64,000 nucleotides of DNA from Candidatus Calditenuaceae archaeon HR02 (GTDB lineage: Archaea > Thermoproteota > Nitrososphaeria_A > Caldarchaeales > Calditenuaceae). The DNA lies in NCBI GenBank assembly GCA_002898395.1, contig BEHE01000010.1, positions 8,092 through 72,091 on the forward strand. Reading direction: 5' to 3'. This document shows positions 1 to 9,664 of the stretch, in pieces. Position 1 is the stretch's first letter. Each line of letters opens with the position of its first letter. Under the pieces are notes generated by a model. That model saw only the letters and a program-made list of their open reading frames with translations, had not been told where the DNA came from and made no database searches. Both the position numbers and the translations under genes were made by a program.

Positions 1-239
1 CCCAGTGAGGGATTGCCAACGGCAGAGATCTTCAATTTCTCTACCTTTCTTTTAACGACTGCATCGAGTCCCCAGAAGGTAAAGAACATGTGCACTTCCA
101 TACCCATGGCCGCTCCGGTAGTGGCCAGTATGAGTGCAGGGTAGACCATATCGAGGGATCCTTTAGAGAGTATTATGCAGAGTTTCTGTGCCGTCTTCTG
201 TGCCTCTTTCTCAGAAATTGTTGTTTCCAACTTAACCAC
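1..239 (-). CDS. DsrE2/DrsE_2-family (DsrE/DsrF/DrsH-like) sulfur-relay-type protein; partial, C-terminus beyond the window edge
   Basis: Reverse translation gives ...KLCIILSKGSLDMVYPALILATTGAAMGMEVHMFFTFWGLDAV..., including the FFTFWGL motif typical of the DrsE_2 family. There is no ATG; the probable start is GTG at about 239 or TTG at about 230. Confidence 0.45.
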   Translation of the reverse strand, partial: MVKLETTISEKEAQKTAQKLCIILSKGSLDMVYPALILATTGAAMGMEVHMFFTFWGLDAVVKRKVEKLKISAVGNPSL

Positions 240-323
240 CTCGATAAATCGAATATTCGAATTTTCTAATAAACCCTAGTCCGCATTGGTATGCAAACTT
301 ATGATAACTTATAGACCTGTGCC

Positions 324-584
324 TCAGCCTCTCAGAGCAAATAATAGGTAGAGTATTGTCAGTATGATTATTGCTAGCGGCGAGGTTCCTATCTTTAGCT
401 TTCCGACTGATATTTGAGTGTAGACAATTGGGTGTAGTTTTGGTATTGATTCTAGTAGGCGTGGCGCAATTCCTATCAGCAATAGGATGATGCCCATCGT
501 TACCAAGATTATTCCTGTCAGGGTCTCTATCCTCATTCTTCTGCTGCGTGTTATTGATCCGGTGTTTAAAAACTCTTTTCCCAT
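324..584 (-). CDS. small hypothetical membrane protein (2 predicted TM helices)
   Basis: 86-aa ORF with two hydrophobic stretches, divergent from the MFS gene. No recognisable family. Confidence 0.25.
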   Translation of the reverse strand: MGKEFLNTGSITRSRRMRIETLTGIILVTMGIILLLIGIAPRLLESIPKLHPIVYTQISVGKLKIGTSPLAIIILTILYLLFALRG

Positions 585-627
585 AAGGTTTTGGCGGCAG
601 TGATGTAATATCTAAATTGTAAGCTGT

Positions 628-1830
628 GTGTTTTCTACTGCAAGATTGGATGTTGAGGTTGGGCAGATTAAAAGGCTGTATGCGAGGTCCGTATTATCCT
701 CTCTTTCAAGCGGAGCCTCGCAGCCCTTCATAGCAGTTTATGCGGCGGTTCTTGGTGCCTCCTCCTCTCAGGTTGGCTTCCTCCACGCAGTAAACAACTT
801 GGCGGCAAATGCCCTCCAACCAGTTTGGGGCTTCTTAAGCGATAAGAAAGGGTCTAGGGTGAAGCCCATCTTCTACAGCACGTTAATCTCCTCTCTCCTA
901 TGGGTGCCCATAATACTGGTTGGAGAACCGGCTGTCTATATCGCATTGGTTGGGGTACAGTTTATTGTGGCCTCGGTGTCTGCTCCCTTATACACCGCCC
1001 TGATAGGCGAGATTGTTCCGCTCGCTGTGCGTTCGATGGTTACCGCCACTATAAATTTCTGGGGACAGGTTGGCTCAATTATCTCAACCCTAGCGGTTGG
1101 CATTGTATCACTTGTGGGGCTGCCTGGCTACCAGCTCGGCTTCTCTGTCGCGGCTGTCGCAGGCATACTTTCCGCTCTTACATTCCTGAAGATGAGGGAG
1201 CCCCCGAAACATAAGATGATGGGCGGCGAGCTGACAATCACCTATGTCGCCCAGCACATTATCAATTCCCGCCACTTCCTGAAGTTCACAATCATCTCCA
1301 ACATCTATGGATTCTACATGTCTATTGCTTGGCCCTGCTTCACCCTAACCATGACAAGGATTGCAAATCTCAGCTTCTTCGAGATAGCGCTCCTCTCCAT
1401 CGTCTCTGGGGTGGTTGGCCTCGTATTCTCAAGCGTTGGCCGAGGGGTCTTCGAGAGCCTAGGGGATGTACGTTCGCTGGCATACTGTAGGGCGGCACTG
1501 GCCTTGCTGGCCACTGTCTATGCCTTCCTCCCAACCTTCTGGGCCTTCGCCCTAGCCAACATAGTGGCCGGCGCGGCCAACGTGGGAATCAGCATCTCTC
1601 TTCTACTATATATCACGCGGATAACAAGTGTGGAGGATAGGGGGACCTTTACCGCGGTCTACAACCTACTCCAGGGGGTCTCCTTCTTCTTCGGCTCCCT
1701 CGTCGGTGGCCAGCTGGTGCAACAGCTTGAGCAGAACCTAGGGCTGGAGAATGCCCTCAGAATAGTCTTAACGATCTCGGCGATCGGGAGACTGGTATTT
1801 GGATTACTGCATACGCAGTTGCCAAAATAG
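628..1830 (+). CDS. MFS-family transporter
   Basis: 400 aa, about 12 hydrophobic segments. MFS-like loop motif (GFLSDKKGSRVKP) after TM2. Confidence 0.65.
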   Translation: MFSTARLDVEVGQIKRLYARSVLSSLSSGASQPFIAVYAAVLGASSSQVGFLHAVNNLAANALQPVWGFLSDKKGSRVKPIFYSTLISSLLWVPIILVGEPAVYIALVGVQFIVASVSAPLYTALIGEIVPLAVRSMVTATINFWGQVGSIISTLAVGIVSLVGLPGYQLGFSVAAVAGILSALTFLKMREPPKHKMMGGELTITYVAQHIINSRHFLKFTIISNIYGFYMSIAWPCFTLTMTRIANLSFFEIALLSIVSGVVGLVFSSVGRGVFESLGDVRSLAYCRAALALLATVYAFLPTFWAFALANIVAGAANVGISISLLLYITRITSVEDRGTFTAVYNLLQGVSFFFGSLVGGQLVQQLEQNLGLENALRIVLTISAIGRLVFGLLHTQLPK

Positions 1831-1879
1831 GGGAGTAGTGTGACCGAGCATTTAAATGGCCGTACCGTGATTTAGACTG

Positions 1880-2368
1880 GTGGTGGAAAGGGCAGTTTTA
1901 GCGAGTGTTGACGGCTCACCTATAAGCAGAAAGGTTGCGCGAGTTGCTCTAAGGCTTGCGGAGAGGCTGGGGCTTCAGCTGGTACTCCTTCACGTCGTTA
2001 GCGAACACCTTATGGCTGGTATCCAAGCTGTTGGCAGGCCTAGCCCCGGAGAATCTGGCGCTGAACCAATCCTAGCGCTTAAAGATGAGACGCTGAACGA
2101 GGAGTTAAGGGTTGTCCACAGCATCGTCTCAGAGTTGATGGAGAGCGGTGTGAAGGTGAAATTGTTGAGCCTGACGGGCGACCCCTCCTGCATCATATTG
2201 GAGCAGGCCGAGAAGCTAGCCGCGGCCATAGTGATGGGCTATAAGGGTGGAGGGTTCCTTGACCCTAGCGGCGGCAGGGTCCTCAAAAAAGTCATAGAGA
2301 AGGCGACAGTCCCGGTGATCGTCATAACACCCAACCTCAACCCAGACATAATCGATGCACTATTCTAA
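1880..2368 (+). CDS. universal stress protein (UspA family)
   Basis: 162 aa. N-terminal AVLASVDGSPIS...LVLLHVV and C-terminal G-x-GG...VL..V....PVIVI nucleotide-binding pattern of the Usp fold. Confidence 0.65.
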   Translation: MVERAVLASVDGSPISRKVARVALRLAERLGLQLVLLHVVSEHLMAGIQAVGRPSPGESGAEPILALKDETLNEELRVVHSIVSELMESGVKVKLLSLTGDPSCIILEQAEKLAAAIVMGYKGGGFLDPSGGRVLKKVIEKATVPVIVITPNLNPDIIDALF

Positions 2369-2530
2369 TCTATGAGCACTCTCCTTTGAAAAAAGAGTGC
2401 CAATTTTCCTATATGTCTAGACGCTCTGTCTCCAAATGTGTCTTCATGCAATCCCAGTTCAGAGAACAATCCTAAAAAGCACTGGGCAGGTTCAAAATTG
2501 TATATTAGAAATATATTTAAATAATGATTT

Positions 2531-3190
2531 ATGCCTTACCTTACTATTTGCGGAATGTCCATAGTAGAGGCTATGTTCGATATTGGGATCGCTATAATCC
2601 AGCTGATATTCGGGGTAGCCCTAGCTCTCTTCAGCATAACAATTGCGATAAACATTCTCAACCGCGTCACCAAGGACATAAACGAGTTTGAGGAGCTGAG
2701 GAAGAAGAATCTCGCTGTCGGCATCTACTTGGCAGGAATCTTGGTGGCCGTGGGGAATGTTGTTGGCCAGGCAGTCTCGGGCGTGAGTAAGGCTGTGGTG
2801 CCGGGGGCTTTCAACCTAGCAGCCCTCTTAGGCGGTCTAATACAGCTGTTCATAGGACTGCCTCTAGCAATTGTCGCTGTCACGTGGGCCCAGTCGAGGG
2901 TATATAGCTGGATGATTAAGGCCGCTGCAAAGCTGCCGGGAGTACAGGTAGAGAAATTCAGCATACAGGACGAGCTTAAGAATGGAAACTTAGCCGTAGC
3001 TGTAGGTCCTTTTCGGCACATTCGTAGCCATATCACTCGTCATCAGCCAGGGAGTCGCGTTCATCGCCGAGCCAATATCATCCGCTATAAGAACTTTAAT
3101 AGGCTAGAGCAAACACACAACCAACAAATCCCTATTTTTATTTATTTTTCTAGTAATAGGCGTGTAGTGGCGCCAGCTATTTTAAGTTAG
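2531..3190 (+). CDS. DUF350-like membrane protein
   Basis: N-terminal 150 aa are hydrophobic with a KDINEFEELRKKNLAVGIY motif typical of DUF350. The C-terminal approximately 60 aa look non-conserved, so the true stop or extent is uncertain. Confidence 0.4.
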   Translation: MPYLTICGMSIVEAMFDIGIAIIQLIFGVALALFSITIAINILNRVTKDINEFEELRKKNLAVGIYLAGILVAVGNVVGQAVSGVSKAVVPGAFNLAALLGGLIQLFIGLPLAIVAVTWAQSRVYSWMIKAAAKLPGVQVEKFSIQDELKNGNLAVAVGPFRHIRSHITRHQPGSRVHRRANIIRYKNFNRLEQTHNQQIPIFIYFSSNRRVVAPAILS

Positions 3191-3244
3191 GACTCTCCAG
3201 AGTTATGGACCCACAAAGTTGCTGTGCGTTATATGCGGTAACGC

Positions 3245-6004
3245 TTAGTGTGAACAACATTGACTAGCCTCTCCCGCCGACCTGCCCGGGACTATCTCGA
3301 AATGATAATACCCGGAGCCAACCTCAAGAATTATGTAGCCTCCTTCCAGCTCTGCAGACTTGATACCCTCAACTGCGGGGACATAGCTTCCATCCCGCCA
3401 CACGAGAATTCCACTCTCATAAACCACAGGATTTGGGGTATCTTTCACGGGAAGCCAGATTACCCCTGTACTATTGGTGGGTATTGAGACCTCAACGTAG
3501 AGCTTTCCACCACTCCTTTGCCAGGAGGAGTAGATGAGGCCCCTAATGGTGTATATTGAGGCTGAAGCGTGGTTTAGACCGTTTGGCATGTGTGGTTTTA
3601 TTACTATCTTTTTGAATCCGGGCTCCTCAGCGGTGGCTTTGATACCGGCTAAAACTTTGTAGAACCATGAGTCAACGCTCCCAAACATTGCGTGGTTGTG
3701 GGAGTTCATGCCTCCGCCAGTTAGCAGCTCCCACCTCTCCCAGAGGGTTGTGGCGCCCTCCCGGATCATGTAGCCCCAGCTCGGATAGCTCGTCTGGCTA
3801 ACTACCCTGTAGGCCGTGTCTGTGTGCCCGTATTTTGATAACGTCTCGAGGAGATATCGCGTGCCTATGATCCCCGTGGCGAGGTGGTGGTCCCTACGCT
3901 GAGTTATATCCTCAAGTAGGTTCTCGAGTATACGGCCGACCTCGCCCTCAGGAACCATGTTGAGGGCTAGTGGGAGTATGTTTGATGTCTGGCTGCTAAG
4001 CGGCGCAGTCTGGTTTGAAGGTCTTACAACCCCGTAGCGTCCATCTTTCAGAAACTCGCGATTGAATGCATCCCTTATCCTCTCGGCCAGTGAGGAATAT
4101 CTCTCCCAGTCACTAATCCTGGCTAAAACCCTCGCAGCCTCAGCAAGTATCTTAACGGAGTAGTAGTAGAACCAGGTGGAGACAAGTTCTCCCGGCGTCT
4201 CGGGCGAGGTTATGAAACCAGGCCTGCACCAGTCGCCATACTTGCTCAGTCTAACTATGTTGTTTTCAGCCTTAGAGGATAGAAACTCTACCCACCGCCT
4301 CATCATCTCGTAGTTCTCCTCAAGCGCTCGGCGGTCTCCGTAGTATAGGTAGAGGAGCCATGGGATTATGGTACAGGCCGAGCCCCAGGCAGGGTCTGCA
4401 GGGTAGGTTAGCCAGTAGGGAGGCACGACGTCTGGGACGCTGCCATCCTCCGCCTGTGCCAGTCTCATATCGCGTAGCCACTTGTTGTAGAAGGCCGCCA
4501 TGTCGAAGTTGAATATCGCAGCCTCTGCTACTAGTTGCGCGTCGCCCATCCAGCCCAGTCTCTCGTCTCGCTGAGGACAGTCTGTCGGCACACCCATTAG
4601 ATTGCTCATTATCGACCAGACTATGATGCGGTGGATATCGTTGAGGAGCTGGTTTGAGCAGGAGAATCCTCCCACAAGCTCAACATCCGTGTGGACCTCG
4701 ACCCCTGTGAGAGTGTCTATGTGTGGAGTTCCAGGATATCCTGTAAGCTCGACGTATCTAAACCCATGGTATGTGAAGTGTGGCTCATACTCCTCCACAC
4801 CATCTCCCTTGAGTATGTAGACGTCTGTAGACTTGGCGGCCCTATTCGGCGCGGTATTCAACTCCCCATCCTCACTCAATAGCTCGGCATACCTCAGCCT
4901 AACCTCTCTCCCCCTCTCGCCGTCGACCCTCAGCCTAACCCAGCCTGAAAAATTCTGGCCAAAATCGAAGACGTATACGCCAGGCCTAGGGCTTAGGATC
5001 TTCCTCGAAGGGAGTAGCCTTACCCTCCTGATGGGCGGCGACGTCGTTGATGAGCGCAGCGTCTCGCATGGTTGCACTGTGACGTTGGCCTTCTTCCAGC
5101 CCGAGTCGTCGAATCCAGGCCTGTCGAACCCGGCCGCTTCAAGCCTAGCGTCATAGACCTCGCCATCATATATGTCGTCGAATACAATGGGCCCATCGGA
5201 TACCCTCCACTCCTCGTCGGTAACTATCACGACCTCTCGTCCATCTTCAAGCCATACCCATATCTCCGCCAGCAGTTTGGGCTCGGCGTCCTCATACCTC
5301 TTCACCTGTATACCCTTAATCTTCCACTCATGCCTAGGCGAGTACCTGCCGTTTCCGAGCATAACTGCGACGGCGTTCTTTCCCCTCTTAATATAATCTG
5401 TGACATCATATACTGTGTAGAGCGCCAGCTTCTCGTAGTCGGTCCATGGAGGGTCTAAGACTCTGTCCCCAATCCTCTCCCCGTTGATCCTGAGCTCATA
5501 GTATCCGAGGCCGCAGATGTATGCGCGGGCGCGCCCGACATCGCCGTCTATCATAAACTCTCTTCTGAGTAGGCGGCCGCCGCTAATCCACTTGGCTCTC
5601 CACTCCCCTTGGCTAAGTATTCCCGTCTCGAAGAATGCTATCTCGCTGAATGGGCTCTCACGACCAGCATCGTCCCACCATTTCAGTCTCCAATAATATC
5701 TGCGCCTACTCTCCAGCCCTCCGCCACCGTATTCCACGTTTGTCGACTGGTCTGATGCTACCTTGCCGCTGTCCCAGACATCTCCGATAAACCTCTCCGC
5801 CGCCTTGAGGCTGCTGGAGACTATAATGCGGTAGGCTGATTGGAGTCTACCACGTTCATGATGTCTGAGCATCCAGGAGAACCTTGGGAGACGAACGTCT
5901 AGGCCGAGCGGGTTCCTCAAATATTCGCATCGAAGGTTGAAGGGTGGAGGTGGGGCCGAATCGGTGTGCACAAGTATTGCCAGTCCTCCTCGCTTAAATA
6001 TCAA
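3245..6004 (-). CDS. alpha-L-rhamnosidase (GH78)
   Basis: 919 aa. N-terminus LRCEYLRNPLGLDVRLPRFSWML and ARAYICGLGYYELRINGERIGD match the bacterial rhamnosidase N-terminal signatures. The size fits the six-hairpin GH78 architecture. Confidence 0.65.
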   Translation of the reverse strand: MIFKRGGLAILVHTDSAPPPPFNLRCEYLRNPLGLDVRLPRFSWMLRHHERGRLQSAYRIIVSSSLKAAERFIGDVWDSGKVASDQSTNVEYGGGGLESRRRYYWRLKWWDDAGRESPFSEIAFFETGILSQGEWRAKWISGGRLLRREFMIDGDVGRARAYICGLGYYELRINGERIGDRVLDPPWTDYEKLALYTVYDVTDYIKRGKNAVAVMLGNGRYSPRHEWKIKGIQVKRYEDAEPKLLAEIWVWLEDGREVVIVTDEEWRVSDGPIVFDDIYDGEVYDARLEAAGFDRPGFDDSGWKKANVTVQPCETLRSSTTSPPIRRVRLLPSRKILSPRPGVYVFDFGQNFSGWVRLRVDGERGREVRLRYAELLSEDGELNTAPNRAAKSTDVYILKGDGVEEYEPHFTYHGFRYVELTGYPGTPHIDTLTGVEVHTDVELVGGFSCSNQLLNDIHRIIVWSIMSNLMGVPTDCPQRDERLGWMGDAQLVAEAAIFNFDMAAFYNKWLRDMRLAQAEDGSVPDVVPPYWLTYPADPAWGSACTIIPWLLYLYYGDRRALEENYEMMRRWVEFLSSKAENNIVRLSKYGDWCRPGFITSPETPGELVSTWFYYYSVKILAEAARVLARISDWERYSSLAERIRDAFNREFLKDGRYGVVRPSNQTAPLSSQTSNILPLALNMVPEGEVGRILENLLEDITQRRDHHLATGIIGTRYLLETLSKYGHTDTAYRVVSQTSYPSWGYMIREGATTLWERWELLTGGGMNSHNHAMFGSVDSWFYKVLAGIKATAEEPGFKKIVIKPHMPNGLNHASASIYTIRGLIYSSWQRSGGKLYVEVSIPTNSTGVIWLPVKDTPNPVVYESGILVWRDGSYVPAVEGIKSAELEGGYIILEVGSGYYHFEIVPGRSAGEASQCCSH

Positions 6005-7369
6005 GCCTCGAAGATTTGCGGTGTAGGATTGAAGGACTGTGTGATTGGTCCAGAGGCTTGGGAACTACTCGAGTATGAGCTGATCCAGCTCGTGGAGGAG
6101 GGCAGAGAGCTGGAAGGCATCCGGAGAGAGGAGATTTTTAGAAGGGTGGCGGAAGGAGGTCTCAAAGCAGCTGAGGCTGTCTTCAGAGAGTTGAGGTCGG
6201 CGCCTATGAGGAGGGATTATCCATACGAGGAGCCCACATCGCTAAGCGAGATAGAGTCGCGCTCTAGGGGTTGGAGGAGGGCTGAGCCTCCGCCTCCAGC
6301 AGTCGTTAGAGACAAGGTTTTAGGAGGTTTCCTCGGGAGGTGTGCTGGAAACATGCTCGGCAAGCCCGTAGAGTCGATAGGAATCTCGCAGGGGTGGAGA
6401 GGTGTCTCGCAGAGGCTGTCGAGGCTAGGCATAAAGAGGCTGGAGGGATACTTTCCAGCAGCCTTCTTTACAGAAGAGGAGCTGCAAAACACCAGCATCC
6501 GTAAAGCTACAGCCGGCAACATAGACAGGGTTCTCAGGGACGACGACATAGACTATACACTCCTCAATCTACGGTTAGTTGAGAAGAGGGGCATAGACTT
6601 CAGCAGCATGGATGTGGGGCGGGAGTGGTTGGAAAACCTACCATACGCTGGGGTCTACACCGCAGAGAGAGTAGCATACAGGAATCTTGTCAACTGTCTA
6701 ACACCGCCAGACACAGCCCTCCACATGAACCCCTACAGGGAATGGATAGGTGCACAGATCAGGGCTGACTTCTGGGGCTACATCTGCCCCGGCGTTCCTT
6801 CACGGGCCGCTGAGCTGGCCCATAGGGACGCCACGTTGAGCCACGTTAAGAATGGGGTCTATGGGGAGATGATGGTTGCGGCGATGATTGCGTGGGCTTT
6901 TGTCGAGGACGATGTGGAGAAGGTCATCGATGCCGGGCTATCCGTCATCCCTGAGAGGTGTAGGCTTAGAGAGGCTGTGGAGATCGTGGTTAATGCTTGG
7001 AAGAGGGGTACTGACTGGGATGAGGCAGTAGGCCTAATCGAGAATAGGCTACACCAATACCACCCAGTCCACACAATACCTAACGCGGCCATAGTCGCTG
7101 CATCACTCCTCTGGGGAGAGGGAGACTATACGAAATCGATAACGCTAGCCGTGTCCTGTGGCCTTGACACAGACTGCAACGGAGCAACCGTGGGCTCAAT
7201 CATAGGGGTCATGAAAGGGTATGATGGGCTTGGAGACCACGCCAAGAGGACTTGGCTCGAACCCCTGAACGACAGGCTTGAGAGCTATATTCCTGGTCTC
7301 CAGCGGCTGAAGATGACAGAGGCCGCTGAGCGGATATTCTTAGCGGCACTAAAAGCAAGCCAAGCATGA
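5966..7369 (+). CDS. ADP-ribosylglycohydrolase family protein (start uncertain; possibly at 6206)
   Basis: Catalytic-region motif GLDTDCNGATVGSIIG and Gly-rich N-terminal VLGGFLGRCAGNMLGKP are typical of DraG/ARH hydrolases. The longest ORF overlaps the divergent rhamnosidase start by 39 bp, so the real start is probably downstream. Confidence 0.55.
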   Translation: MHKYCQSSSLKYQASKICGVGLKDCVIGPEAWELLEYELIQLVEEGRELEGIRREEIFRRVAEGGLKAAEAVFRELRSAPMRRDYPYEEPTSLSEIESRSRGWRRAEPPPPAVVRDKVLGGFLGRCAGNMLGKPVESIGISQGWRGVSQRLSRLGIKRLEGYFPAAFFTEEELQNTSIRKATAGNIDRVLRDDDIDYTLLNLRLVEKRGIDFSSMDVGREWLENLPYAGVYTAERVAYRNLVNCLTPPDTALHMNPYREWIGAQIRADFWGYICPGVPSRAAELAHRDATLSHVKNGVYGEMMVAAMIAWAFVEDDVEKVIDAGLSVIPERCRLREAVEIVVNAWKRGTDWDEAVGLIENRLHQYHPVHTIPNAAIVAASLLWGEGDYTKSITLAVSCGLDTDCNGATVGSIIGVMKGYDGLGDHAKRTWLEPLNDRLESYIPGLQRLKMTEAAERIFLAALKASQA

Positions 7370-7375
7370 CCAACC

Positions 7376-8233
7376 ATGTTTAAATCGCTGCCCAAAGCAT
7401 TTGATGTCACTCCCACTTGGAGAAGGGTTGCCATCTACTCAGCCCTCTCCACACTACTGGCAGCCCTAGTGGATATAATCGTCTACCTAATGGGCGGGTT
7501 GACGGGCGTCCCCGTAACTCTAGGCTGGGGGGCCATCAGAATGTATACGCCCACGGCCTCGGCCCTCTTAGTAGCTGGGCATAGAGAAGTTAAGGGTTAT
7601 CTCCGTCTGGGCAGGAAGGTATTAGTATTCTACCTTACTTCCCCACTGATAGCTTATTTGGCTATCCTCCTCTACCTCCTTATAATAGCCCCGATAGGTC
7701 TACTAACACTTGAGCACCTCCAGGTTGAATTGCCGATTACCCTTGTCCCTGAGGTTCTGATTGTGTTGATGCTTCTCAGCGCCTACTTCCCAGCCATAAC
7801 GATAAACACGCTCTTCGCGCTGGGGGAGGAGATAGGGTGGAGGGGGTTCCTCCAAATTGAGCTGGAGGCGCTGGGCCTCAGCCTCGCAAAGGCGGCACTC
7901 CTCGTGGGACTAGTGTGGGGTGTCTGGCACGCACCAGCAATCCTTCTCTTAGGCTACAACTATCCGGATAATCCTGTGCTGGGCGCCCTCCTGTTTACAG
8001 CCTTCACTGTTACGCTATCGCTTCCTCATGCTATAATCAGGCATCTTTCATTAAGCGTCATACCTGCTGCATCTCTTCACGGGACCGTAAATGCAATCTG
8101 GGGCCTAACAGTAGTGGCAACCCGTCTCCCACGCGAGTTAGGTGGTCTCGGCCCTCTAGGCATTGCCGTGTGGGTAATAATATCGCTGATACTCCACCTC
8201 GCCCTCCGCCGGCAGAGGCGCGCTACCTCTTAG
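7376..8233 (+). CDS. CPBP (CAAX) family intramembrane metalloprotease
   Basis: Motif 1 GEEIGWRGFLQ and motif 2 WGVWH in a polytopic membrane protein. Confidence 0.7.
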   Translation: MFKSLPKAFDVTPTWRRVAIYSALSTLLAALVDIIVYLMGGLTGVPVTLGWGAIRMYTPTASALLVAGHREVKGYLRLGRKVLVFYLTSPLIAYLAILLYLLIIAPIGLLTLEHLQVELPITLVPEVLIVLMLLSAYFPAITINTLFALGEEIGWRGFLQIELEALGLSLAKAALLVGLVWGVWHAPAILLLGYNYPDNPVLGALLFTAFTVTLSLPHAIIRHLSLSVIPAASLHGTVNAIWGLTVVATRLPRELGGLGPLGIAVWVIISLILHLALRRQRRATS

Positions 8234-8486
8234 ACTGCTCCTGCCTAAGCCCACAGTACGTACACTCTTCGGCCTCAGCTGGAATCTCTCTAAGACAATA
8301 CCAGCAGAACTTCATCCCAGGATTCTCAGGCACTACCTCCTCTCTCTTCTCGGTGAAGAATCCTGCAGCAATCATCAATACCCCCGCCGCTGCAAGTATC
8401 CAGAAGGCCTGAAGACCCACAACGAAGAGAACCAGACCCGTGAGGAAGACGATGAGCCCGGAAAAAATCATCGGCGGATTCAACAA
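8223..8486 (-). CDS. small membrane protein with C-terminal zinc-ribbon (CWYC...CTYC)
   Basis: 87 aa. One TM segment followed by CxxC-x13-CxxC. Confidence 0.3.
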   Translation of the reverse strand: MLNPPMIFSGLIVFLTGLVLFVVGLQAFWILAAAGVLMIAAGFFTEKREEVVPENPGMKFCWYCLREIPAEAEECTYCGLRQEQSKR

Positions 8487-8588
8487 AGAATAGAATCATA
8501 GACCCAGCTTTAAAACTTCGCCAAAAAACGCTGAGACGGGCCATACCTCATCTGCTGTGCGGGCGAATTCAGCAAATTAATTGGCCCG

Positions 8589-8996
8589 CTACGCGGCTGT
8601 AAACCATTTAATATCCAGTATGCTCCCGCTCCTTTGTTCTCTAAAAACCGGCCTAACCCTCATACCTGTCTGTGGGTTTATGGACGGGTCGAGAATGTGC
8701 AGTAATCCCCCATCAACGCCGTCGAATTTTACGAAGACCCATGTAACTGGTGGGTTAACTGGCTCCCCCTCTATGTTGATGAAGGAGCGTGTATAGGTGA
8801 CTATCAGCCCCTTTTCTTCGATTGTTTGGTACTCTTTAATAGGCCTGTAGCATTTCAGGCAATAGGCTCTGGGCGGTATTATCATGTGATTGCATGTACC
8901 GCATTTGCTTGCAATCAGCCTGCCAAGCCTTAACCCTTCCAGGAATCTCGAGAGGGCTACACCTGCAGGATATTCGTAAAAACTCTCTATACTCAT
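8589..8996 (-). CDS. DUF35 OB-fold/Zn-ribbon protein (thiolase/HMG-CoA synthase-associated scaffold)
   Basis: 135 aa. CxxC...CxxC rubredoxin-like motif (CGTC...CLKC) followed by an OB-fold region. Same architecture as the neighbouring paralogue and typical of archaeal thiolase partner proteins. Confidence 0.65.
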   Translation of the reverse strand: MSIESFYEYPAGVALSRFLEGLRLGRLIASKCGTCNHMIIPPRAYCLKCYRPIKEYQTIEEKGLIVTYTRSFINIEGEPVNPPVTWVFVKFDGVDGGLLHILDPSINPQTGMRVRPVFREQRSGSILDIKWFTAA

Positions 8997-9664
8997 AACG
9001 CATCATCCTCAAACGGTGCGAAATATCCTATATCTAATATGCTGCCAACCCTTTCCTCTGGCTTTCTCCAAACAGGCTTTACACGCATTCCGACATGAAC
9101 TTTTTCCGGGTCAACTCCCTGAACCTTATGTAATAGGCCTGCGGCATATAGAACTGTTCTGGACGAATTCACCTTTTTAACAGTTCCGTCGAACCAAACC
9201 ACAGCAATAATTAGGGGCCTCTCAAACCTGACCTTAGGATCTGTTCCAATATATGATAACGAGTAGGTCGATATGATACCAGTCCCCGGGTGCTCGATCC
9301 ATTTGTCTACGTCTCTAAAACACCACTCACAGAAGGTGCGTGGAGGTATCAACACGCGTCCACAGCTTTCGCACCCTGTTCCAAGTATCTTACCGTTTTT
9401 TAGACCCTCGAGAAAACGGGAGAAAGCCATCCCTGCCGAGTGTCTATACATGCATGCAATATGCCAGTAGCTTAGGACAAGATTATCGACCTGCCACCCC
9501 TCCATCTCCGTGTGTCTCTTCTCTATTGATGAAGCCCAGCTGTCTAATCTCCCAAACTCTTTATCGAGTCCGTGCCTCTGTATGTACTTGACCAAGTCTT
9601 CTGGTAGTTGTTTTAAGTAGTTTGGCGAGAACCTTGAGGGTGTAACTCTTGTCATGACCTGCAC
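8993..9664 (-). CDS. DUF35 OB-fold/Zn-ribbon protein with N-terminal extension
   Basis: 223 aa. AFSRFLEGLKNGKILGTGCESCGRVLIPP aligns with ALSRFLEGLRLGRLIASKCGTCNHMIIPP of the downstream paralogue. Has an approximately 80-aa N-terminal extension. Confidence 0.6.
   Translation of the reverse strand: MQVMTRVTPSRFSPNYLKQLPEDLVKYIQRHGLDKEFGRLDSWASSIEKRHTEMEGWQVDNLVLSYWHIACMYRHSAGMAFSRFLEGLKNGKILGTGCESCGRVLIPPRTFCEWCFRDVDKWIEHPGTGIISTYSLSYIGTDPKVRFERPLIIAVVWFDGTVKKVNSSRTVLYAAGLLHKVQGVDPEKVHVGMRVKPVWRKPEERVGSILDIGYFAPFEDDAL

Noticed and set aside
900-1214. 104-aa + strand ORF inside the MFS gene in another frame
   Set aside because: Alternative frame of a convincing transporter. Cys/Arg/Gly-rich nonsense composition.
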